From contig NZ_CP006867.1 of assembly GCF_001481685.1 (NCBI RefSeq), positions 960,001-992,000 of the forward strand: 32,000 bases of DNA. Reading direction: 5' to 3'. Positions 25,740-32,000 of this stretch are shown piece after piece. This DNA is from Ignicoccus islandicus DSM 13165. Its GTDB lineage: Archaea; Thermoproteota; Thermoprotei_A; Sulfolobales; Ignicoccaceae. The position numbers and the translations under genes are program-made. Positions within the stretch are counted from its first letter, which is position 1. Every line of letters starts with the position of its first letter. Below the pieces are notes generated by a model. That model worked only from the letters and a program-made list of their open reading frames with translations, was not told the origin of the DNA and searched no databases.

Positions 25740-25762
25740 GCGAGGCCTCTGGGGTATACCTA

Positions 25763-26272
25763 ATGGTGGCGGGGCTAGTAGTTCAAGTTGTAGGCTTTAA
25801 GAATTCGGGAAAAACTTCTCTGATTGAAGGAATTATAAGGGAGCTGAAAACGTTAGGAATCGAGCCGAAAGTAATTAAAACAACCCATCACTTGCTAGAG
25901 GAAACTGACGCTGGAGATACGAGAAGGTTCTTGATAGCGGGGGCTAGGGAAACGGTACTGTTGACCCCAAACGGGATTAGGTATCAGAGCTCTATACCTA
26001 GGAAGCTGGAGGAAGTAGTTGAAGAATTGGACGGGTTGGTAATAGTTGAAGGCGGAAGGGAGGTCAAGAGGAGGGAGTGGGTCGGAGTAATTGTAATTAG
26101 AAGGGAAGGTGAGTTGAGGGCCCTAATGAGGCCCAGGACGATAGCAATAGTGAAATCGGGGAGAGATTTCAGTAGGGAAGCTAGACACTTGGCCAGAACT
26201 ATAGCGGCCATGTACAAGGCTCAGCTGTCCCATGCCGCTTTCACCGCTCAACACTCGGCAAACTCCTCATAG
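25763..26272 (+). CDS. mobB: Molybdopterin-guanine dinucleotide biosynthesis adapter protein MobB
   Basis: VVQVVGFKNSGKTSLIE P-loop, KTTHH, and DTRRF. The length of about 170 aa is typical. Confidence 0.8.
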   Translation: MVAGLVVQVVGFKNSGKTSLIEGIIRELKTLGIEPKVIKTTHHLLEETDAGDTRRFLIAGARETVLLTPNGIRYQSSIPRKLEEVVEELDGLVIVEGGREVKRREWVGVIVIRREGELRALMRPRTIAIVKSGRDFSREARHLARTIAAMYKAQLSHAAFTAQHSANSS

Positions 26273-26662
26273 CCCTTTGAACTTTGCAAAGAGCAAGGCA
26301 GCCGAAAGCGCTACGGCGCCAAGATTTAGGATCGGGGAAGAGCTCTTGAATTTAGCTAGCCTGAACCTCTTGTTGCTGAAAGGGTAGAACGGATAGATGC
26401 CGTAAACTGTGAGGGAATCGCCCAATAAGTGAGAAGAATATGCCACTAGAGCGGAGAGGCCGGCGTCGGGACCCATTAGAAAGGCAACGGAAGTTAATAT
26501 CAACATAGCGAAGACGTTATGTAAGCTCTTCCTGTGCCTCAACTTCAAGTCGAAGTCAGGAAGTTTAGAATAAATTACTGAGGTGAGCGTAACCGATGGA
26601 GAAGGGCCTAGTAGGAAAACTGACAGAGAGAAACCTAGAGCTGCGTGAGCGTACCCTAACAC
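26267..26662 (-). CDS. Membrane-bound metal-dependent hydrolase (YdjM/DUF457 family)
   Basis: 131 aa with HAALG..., LPDFDL, HRKSLHN and SHLLGDSL His/Asp motifs within hydrophobic helices. Confidence 0.65.
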   Translation of the reverse strand: MLGYAHAALGFSLSVFLLGPSPSVTLTSVIYSKLPDFDLKLRHRKSLHNVFAMLILTSVAFLMGPDAGLSALVAYSSHLLGDSLTVYGIYPFYPFSNKRFRLAKFKSSSPILNLGAVALSAALLFAKFKGL

Positions 26663-26748
26663 TCGTAAGCCCTGGATAGGACTTCCCTTGAGTATCCAAT
26701 TAAATGCTCTAGATCTCGAACGGATAAACCGCGGAGGGACGAAAGTAA

Positions 26749-27666
26749 GTGAAGGACAGGTTGCTAAGGAGGTTAGCTAGGGAGCTGCTAGGCGACGACG
26801 AGGTTTGGTCTAGGATAGACGTAGTAGGAGACATAGCGTTAATTCACAGGAAATTCAACTACCCTATAGAGAATCTTCGTCTCCTAGCTAATGAGATGCT
26901 TAAGAGAATGAAGGGCGTCAAGGCGGTCTTTGCAATAGAACCTGGAACTGAAGGGAAGTATCGGTTAAGGAGACTCATCCATTTAGCTGGAGAGAACAGA
27001 ACTGCTACAATTTACAAGGAGCACGGTTGCGTTTACAAGGTGGACGTCCAAAAGGCCTTCGTAGTTCCAAGGCTTTCCGGAGAGCACCTTAGGATTGCAG
27101 AGCTAGTTCAACCGTGGGAAACCGTATTTAACATGTTTGCCGGGGTAGGTCCCTTTTCTATACTCATTGCTAAGAGAAAGGGGGCGAAGGTATACTCAGT
27201 AGACGTTAACCCCCTAGCTTACGAATTAATGGTCGAGAACGTAAAGCTTAACGGCGTAGAGGACAAAGTCATTCCAATTCTGGGAGACTCAGCGGACGTT
27301 AGCTACTGGTTAAGGGGAAGCGTTGATAGGGTCCTCATGCCGCTGCCCGAGCTGGCCCCTAGCTACTTGGACTACGCGTTGCTTTCCTTAAGGTATCCGG
27401 GTTGGCTCCACTTGTACTTACACGTACTCGTTAGGTGGGGAGAGAGGCCGAAGTTGAGCGCATTGAGAGTCGGTAGGAGGCTCTTAGAAAGCAAGTGTTC
27501 CTCCTTTGAGATTAGGGGCGTCAGGTTAGTGAGGACTGTGGGGCCTAGAATAGCCCAAGTAGTTGTAGACGCCCTCTTAAATAAGTGCGAGTTCAAACCA
27601 AGGCTGAGGAGCGCTGAAGGCTTCGGACCCCTAAGCCACTTACTTGGAACTCCATGGGATTGGTAA
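26749..27666 (+). CDS. Class I SAM-dependent tRNA methyltransferase, Trm5/Taw2 (Met-10+) family
   Basis: [45 protein letters not shown]...GDSADV. The start is GTG. Confidence 0.75.
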   Translation: MKDRLLRRLARELLGDDEVWSRIDVVGDIALIHRKFNYPIENLRLLANEMLKRMKGVKAVFAIEPGTEGKYRLRRLIHLAGENRTATIYKEHGCVYKVDVQKAFVVPRLSGEHLRIAELVQPWETVFNMFAGVGPFSILIAKRKGAKVYSVDVNPLAYELMVENVKLNGVEDKVIPILGDSADVSYWLRGSVDRVLMPLPELAPSYLDYALLSLRYPGWLHLYLHVLVRWGERPKLSALRVGRRLLESKCSSFEIRGVRLVRTVGPRIAQVVVDALLNKCEFKPRLRSAEGFGPLSHLLGTPWDW

Positions 27667-27715
27667 GTCTGGAATTATTTTACGAGCACCTTGAAGTAAT
27701 GGGAGGGGGACGTCC

Positions 27716-28267
27716 TTGAAAGCTCTCATAATAGTCGATATGTTAAACGACTTCGTTAGGAAAGACGGCAAGCTCTACGTGGAAGGGGCTGAGGAAATAA
27801 TAGGAAACATTAAGAGATTGAAGGAGGCGTTCAAGGAAGCTGGCTTGCCAGTAATATATACCAACGATTCCCACCTACCCAACGTCGATAAGGAACTGAA
27901 GCTTTGGGGAGAGCACGCAGTGAGGGGAAGCGAGGGAGCTCAAGTGGTCGAGGAGCTCAAACCGGAGGAAGGCGATTACGTAGTAACCAAGAGGAGGTAC
28001 AGCGCCTTCTTCTCAACTGATTTGGACTTGTTGCTGAGGGAGCTCGGGGTAAGGGAAGTGGTGCTAACTGGAGTAGCCACTAACGTTTGCGTGCTCCATA
28101 CGGCAGCAGACGCGTTCTTCAGGGGCTACGAGGTAACTGTGGTTAGCGATGGAACTATGAGCGTACCTAAGGAGGATCAAGGCAAGTGGTTGGAGTACAT
28201 GAAGACGGTCTATGGTGCTAGAATAGCTTCCTCGGAAGAACTAGTTAAGGAGCTTTCCAGAACTTAA
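27716..28267 (+). CDS. Isochorismatase-family cysteine hydrolase (nicotinamidase-like)
   Basis: ALIIVDMLNDF (Asp), VVTKRRYSAF (Lys) and GVATNVCVLHTA (Cys) form the catalytic triad pattern. The start is TTG, preceded by a GGAGGGGG SD-like tract. Confidence 0.8.
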   Translation: MKALIIVDMLNDFVRKDGKLYVEGAEEIIGNIKRLKEAFKEAGLPVIYTNDSHLPNVDKELKLWGEHAVRGSEGAQVVEELKPEEGDYVVTKRRYSAFFSTDLDLLLRELGVREVVLTGVATNVCVLHTAADAFFRGYEVTVVSDGTMSVPKEDQGKWLEYMKTVYGARIASSEELVKELSRT

Positions 28268-28796
28268 TAACCTCGTCTATTAGCTTGAAGGAACTGTAAG
28301 TTTCCGTAGGTTGCTCCGTAGCAATCTTTACGGCCACGTCCCATAAGGGCCCCTCGCCGAAGGGCTTCGGAACCTCCCTTAATCCTATTGCATAAGAATA
28401 GGCTGCCAAGTCGCGTGGGAGTATAACGTAAGCTGGGTTACCGGCCTCCTTAGGATGAAGAAATTCGGAAACTTCGCCCAAGTAGAAGGCCTTTAACAAT
28501 AAGTACAAAACCTTCTCAGCGGATAAAGGAGTTAAATCTCCCTTACCTTCAACTAATTTGGGTTCGGGACACGAGCGCCTCTTAGCCCTGCTCTTCAGAG
28601 AGTTGTAAACCAGTATTGCCTCGCGGAAGTTGTATTCGTTCTTAGTTATCGTGATTTCCTCGCATCTGAGGAGGCCTAGAGAGGAGGCTTCTTTGGCTAC
28701 TTTCCTTTCCAACCTCTTTATCAAATGCTTCTTGCAGAGGTATTCCCCGGAGGACTTCTGGTAGTAGAAGGCTTCCCTTCCACAGTAACACTTCAA
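28245..28796 (-). CDS. TtuA/NcsA-like protein lacking the PP-loop (degenerate tRNA-thiolation-type ATP pyrophosphatase homologue)
   Basis: The N-terminal zinc-finger-like segment is KCYCGREAFYYQKSSGEYLCKKH. Later segments (LSAEKVLYLLLKAFYLGE, VILPRDLAAYSYAIGL) parallel TtuA-family blocks. No SGGxDS motif is present. Confidence 0.4.
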   Translation of the reverse strand: MKCYCGREAFYYQKSSGEYLCKKHLIKRLERKVAKEASSLGLLRCEEITITKNEYNFREAILVYNSLKSRAKRRSCPEPKLVEGKGDLTPLSAEKVLYLLLKAFYLGEVSEFLHPKEAGNPAYVILPRDLAAYSYAIGLREVPKPFGEGPLWDVAVKIATEQPTETYSSFKLIDEVIKFWKAP

Positions 28797-28828
28797 AAAC
28801 TAAGCCCCTACGCTAGCTAAGGTAAGCG

Positions 28829-28837
28829 TTATAAAAA
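28829..28837 (+). promoter_or_regulatory. TATA box of the MscS gene
   Basis: ttataaaaa is centred about 33 nt upstream of the TTG start at 28866. Confidence 0.4.
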
Positions 28838-28865
28838 GCGAGTTGGATCTGCGAGCGGATAGAAG

Positions 28866-29636
28866 TTGACTCTATTCGAGGTACTATTTGGAATAGCCCT
28901 AATAGTTTCAACGAAGATATACCTAAGCAAGAAAATACTGGAGATCTTAGCTAAGTATTCGCCTTCGGAAGACTTAACCTACATGGGTCAGTGGATTTCA
29001 ACGCTGTTCCTCTATCTCTTCGGAGCTTTAATGGTAGTGAAGGGCTTCGGGTTCTCAATCAGCGACTTACTGGTTGCCGGTGGATTCATTACCCTAGCTA
29101 TATCGTTCGCTGCTCAAACCGTTATATCCAACGCGATTTCGGGTATATTCCTTGTAATGGAAAAACCAATAAGAATAGGTGATTTCGTTTACCTCAAGGA
29201 AGCTGGAATAAGCGGCGCTGTCAAATCGATTTCAATACTCTCAACCACAATAAGGTTATGGAACGGTGAGCTAGCCAGAGTACCAAATTCGAAGTTCTTC
29301 GAAGATGTTATTGTGAATCAGTCCATGCCGATAGTCAGGAGGTTGGAAGTTAAAGTAGGAGTTCCATACGATCTTGAGAAAGTCAAGACTGCCATTGACG
29401 TAATAAAGAGAGCAATGAATAACTCGAAGTACGTATTGAAAGTACCGGAACCGGAGGTCTTCGTAGAGGAATTCGGGGACAGCGCCGTGATAATAAGAGT
29501 GAACGCGTGGGTCCCATCGAAGAAGTGGTACGAATGCTATAAACAAGTTCGATATACGATATATGAGGAACTGGTCAAGGCCGGAGTAGAGGTGCCCTTC
29601 ACAACGATAACCGTTATCATAGACCGAAAATCATAA
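28866..29636 (+). CDS. Small-conductance mechanosensitive channel (MscS family)
   Basis: Three N-terminal TM helices, then GGFITLAISFAAQTVISNAISGIFLVMEKPIRIGDFV and a beta domain. The start is TTG. Confidence 0.85.
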   Translation: MTLFEVLFGIALIVSTKIYLSKKILEILAKYSPSEDLTYMGQWISTLFLYLFGALMVVKGFGFSISDLLVAGGFITLAISFAAQTVISNAISGIFLVMEKPIRIGDFVYLKEAGISGAVKSISILSTTIRLWNGELARVPNSKFFEDVIVNQSMPIVRRLEVKVGVPYDLEKVKTAIDVIKRAMNNSKYVLKVPEPEVFVEEFGDSAVIIRVNAWVPSKKWYECYKQVRYTIYEELVKAGVEVPFTTITVIIDRKS

Positions 29637-30306
29637 CCCACTTGTTAGTTTTCCCGGTAGACGGGCTTTGGATGTAGCCTTCCGGAGGCGAGGCTTGGTC
29701 GTTCCTAACTACCGTTGCTGTGTTGCCTTCTACGAAGACGTTTATGGGCGAGACCCAGACCTTGGAAGTTCCGGGAAAGTAGTAGAGCTTGGGTAGGAAC
29801 GTAGGAAATACTATTCTATTGATGTTAACAGATCTCTCGCTTTCGTTGGCTATTAACACGTTCAATGGAGCTTCCAATAACCAGTTCCACCTGCCTATTC
29901 TAACTTCGTGGTATCTACAAAGCAACCCCCTTTCGGGCTTCCCGTAAAGAGCGTAGTTAACGTCAGTAAGTTCTATTATGTCTATCGGGAAGTTCCTAAC
30001 TCCTTCGGGACCCATATATGGTATGGAAGCTTCGACGTCTATTGGAATTCCAACGTTCACTTGTATAGTTGAGAGGGGGGCTAAGGTTACGTTACGCGAG
30101 AATTTCAAGTACAAGTAGAAAGCGAGCTCTCCCCCGTGCAGTATCGGCCTAAGGTATACTTCGGAATAAGGGCTCAATACCATCTCAAGAGACTCAGTAT
30201 CGTATGTTCTCCTATATATACATAGTGAGGGATTGCACTTGAGCGATACCGTCCACTTGCCTTCCTTTACCTCGTCCTTGTCCCTTATCTTACCGAAGTA
30301 CCTCAA
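29617..30306 (-). CDS. Hypothetical protein (about 230 aa), translationally coupled to the upstream amidohydrolase
   Basis: I place the start at TTG 30306, which overlaps the amidohydrolase stop as TTGA. The track start at 30375 would overlap the upstream gene by 73 nt. No family is recognised with confidence. Confidence 0.55.
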   Translation of the reverse strand: MRYFGKIRDKDEVKEGKWTVSLKCNPSLCIYRRTYDTESLEMVLSPYSEVYLRPILHGGELAFYLYLKFSRNVTLAPLSTIQVNVGIPIDVEASIPYMGPEGVRNFPIDIIELTDVNYALYGKPERGLLCRYHEVRIGRWNWLLEAPLNVLIANESERSVNINRIVFPTFLPKLYYFPGTSKVWVSPINVFVEGNTATVVRNDQASPPEGYIQSPSTGKTNKWVMIFGL

Positions 30307-31472
30307 AGAACCCTCACCTCTAAGTCGTCGGTAACTTCCAGCTCTCCACTTGGCCTCTCTCCGTGTATTTCCCATCCGCTACTCATTAATTTCAATACAG
30401 TTTCCAGGTCGTCCACTGGCTTAGGTAGGAGCTTGTAATACTTGAACACCTCCTTGAGCCTCCAAGGACCGACCGGGCTATCGCTTCCATGGTAAACTTT
30501 AACGCCCAATTCAATCATGTCCCTAACCCTCATGAATCGCTTCCAATTAGGGCCTAAGATTGACTTGAACTCTTCCACCCCCACGCTCTCCATTATCCCC
30601 GGCTGGACGCTCACCTCTATGCCCTCAGAAGCCAAGTACTCGAGTTGGTCATCCCTAGTTATTGCCGCGTGTTCTATCCTCAGGACCCTCTTCGGCTTAC
30701 CAGCCATTTCGTAGGCCCTTATGACTAAGTCTATTGCTTCATCGCCCATTGCGTGCACTGCTACTCTGAAGCCCTCCTCCTTGCCTCTAATTAGCCATTG
30801 ACTTAGCTCCCTTTCATCTATTAACTTCCTCCCCTTTCCGTTCATCAATGCCGTCCCGTAGATTAGGACCCCGTCCGCGAACAACTTGATGCCAGGAGAA
30901 CCCTTGACGAACGCCTCTTTTCTCATATATGGTATTACGTGAACTTTATGGTTCAAGCTCTTCACTAGCTCCCATTCTAGCCATCTAGAGGTCATGGCGT
31001 GAATTTGGAGGAAGCCGTTGGAATAGAGGTCGTCTAAAACGGCCTTATACGCACCAACCAATTTGCCGATGGGCGGATCCGGCATTTTCCTCCGAACTAA
31101 GAGCATTGCGTCCTCGTACAGCCTTCCCGTGGGAACGCCTTCGACGCACTCTACCCCGCTATAGGAGCAGTCCACTCCAGATATTTCTATTGCCTTACTG
31201 TTAACTACTGCCATGTGTCCGTCCCTGGTCGCAATTGAAACTGGCTTATCGCTTACCTCGTCCAGTAGCTCCTTCGTTATTGCCTTCGCTAACTTGTAGT
31301 GGAGTAAGCTCCCTATCACCCATCCGCCGTACGTTCCGCCCCTTTCGCTCTCCTCGCGAACCTTACTCAGAACGCATTCTACCGTTGAACACTCCTTCAA
31401 ATTGAGCTCTAAGAGGGACCTAGCAGTCCAAGAAAGGTGGAAGTGAGTGTCAACGAAGGGTCGAACCCTCAA
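30303..31472 (-). CDS. Metal-dependent amidohydrolase (Amidohydrolase_3/YtcJ-like)
   Basis: FVDTHFHL is the HxH metal site. VAVHAMGDEAID, RIEHAAI and HGSDSPV are further ligand motifs. The TTG start overlaps the upstream stop as TTGA. Confidence 0.8.
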   Translation of the reverse strand: MRVRPFVDTHFHLSWTARSLLELNLKECSTVECVLSKVREESERGGTYGGWVIGSLLHYKLAKAITKELLDEVSDKPVSIATRDGHMAVVNSKAIEISGVDCSYSGVECVEGVPTGRLYEDAMLLVRRKMPDPPIGKLVGAYKAVLDDLYSNGFLQIHAMTSRWLEWELVKSLNHKVHVIPYMRKEAFVKGSPGIKLFADGVLIYGTALMNGKGRKLIDERELSQWLIRGKEEGFRVAVHAMGDEAIDLVIRAYEMAGKPKRVLRIEHAAITRDDQLEYLASEGIEVSVQPGIMESVGVEEFKSILGPNWKRFMRVRDMIELGVKVYHGSDSPVGPWRLKEVFKYYKLLPKPVDDLETVLKLMSSGWEIHGERPSGELEVTDDLEVRVL

Positions 31473-32000
31473 TAGGTCAATCCTCCTGGTACGTCTATTA
31501 CTGATCGCGAGAACGGGGAGTTAAGCGCTTCGCTTAGGTCCCTTTCCTTCGAAACTAGCGAAGCGAAGACGTTTTGAGGTAAGGAGTTGATGGCCTCTAG
31601 ACCCTCGCTTAAGCTATCCCTCCCAGCGACTTCTATTTTAACGTGCTTACCCCTGAAGACGTTCTTAGAATAGGCTACTAATGGATGGAGAATTATGGTT
31701 CCGCCCTCCTTTATGCACATAGTGGCCGTATCAATGGCCATTTCCTCCAGTACCGAAACTACCACGGCTTCCCATTCTTGGGTACATGCCGACGCCTTCG
31801 TGGGGAAGTAATAGGCCGGTACGTTCGGTTCTTGACTCCATGCAAGTATTGGGACTTCCCATCCGCTTAGGTAAGAAACCAGAACGTTGGTTAAGCCGGA
31901 GCCTATTAGTAATGCCTTCTTTCCTTCTATTCTCTTTTTGATCCATGAGGCTATTGCGCCCGTTCCAGCTAAGGCTAACTTTAGAGGGTTCCCCGGAGGT
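31469..32000 (-). CDS. Medium-chain dehydrogenase/reductase-like protein, C-terminal part (5' end outside window)
   Basis: Hand translation shows the frame is open up to the right edge: ...LALAGTGAIASWIKKRIEGKKALLIGSGLTNVLVSYLSGWEVPILAWSQ...DTATMCIKEGGTIILHPLV.... This is a Rossmann-like G-x-G pattern. The track only reports from the internal GTG at 31765. Confidence 0.45.
   Translation of the reverse strand, partial: PPGNPLKLALAGTGAIASWIKKRIEGKKALLIGSGLTNVLVSYLSGWEVPILAWSQEPNVPAYYFPTKASACTQEWEAVVVSVLEEMAIDTATMCIKEGGTIILHPLVAYSKNVFRGKHVKIEVAGRDSLSEGLEAINSLPQNVFASLVSKERDLSEALNSPFSRSVIDVPGGLTY

Noticed and set aside
25402-25762. Moco riboswitch upstream of mobB
   Set aside because: This is attractive by context. 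However, the TATA box at 25731-25739 predicts a transcript that starts at or near the mobB ATG, which excludes the structured region from the mRNA. I also could not match the conserved Moco-motif core by eye.
1-32000. CRISPR arrays, IS elements, integrases, prophage or toxin-antitoxin or defence islands
   Set aside because: I saw no regularly spaced direct repeats, no transposase, integrase or recombinase-like ORFs, no terminal inverted repeats, and no tRNA integration targets. Gene content is core-chromosomal apart from the orphans listed under findings.

Overview
Gene-dense (roughly 90% coding) chromosomal segment of an archaeon. It is most likely a hyperthermophilic Thermoproteota/Crenarchaeota. 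Supporting markers are fibrillarin, the Rpo7-Spt4-DUF359 operon, ribosomal stalk protein P1, deoxyhypusine synthase, a GINS-like protein, K/E/I/V-rich proteins, TATA boxes about 25-35 nt upstream of start codons, and recurrent 4-nt TTGA/GTGA stop-start overlaps. I support about 36 CDS. Housekeeping calls are thi4, flpA, a circularly permuted GTPase, dys, rpl12 (P1), a homocitrate-synthase-like enzyme with a C-terminal RAM/ACT-like domain, thiC, rpo7, spt4, GTP-dependent dephospho-CoA kinase, mobB, a Trm5-family methyltransferase, an isochorismatase-family hydrolase, MscS and an amidohydrolase. I found no rRNA, tRNA, CRISPR array, transposase or integrase. The items most worth follow-up are listed here. 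(1) A 1388-aa orphan with an ORC/Cdc6- or KAP-like P-loop module, winged-helix-like modules and a very long coiled-coil tail (17737-21903). (2) A Tat-signal, GCAxxG-domain, dihaem (2x CXXCH), membrane-anchored cytochrome c with a b-type cytochrome partner (5993-8151), which is unusual for a crenarchaeon. (3) A three-gene operon built around an 817-aa all-beta cytoplasmic orphan (11292-15272). (4) The largest non-coding gap (25402-25762), which is GC-rich, has long-range complementarity, a perfect GTGATGA...CTGA K-turn-type pair and clustered palindromes, and which I could not assign to SRP RNA, RNase P RNA, tRNA or a canonical C/D sRNA. (5) An apparent in-frame CinA-like::TrpC fusion at the left edge. 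All functional calls rest on motif and family recognition by eye; no searches were run.
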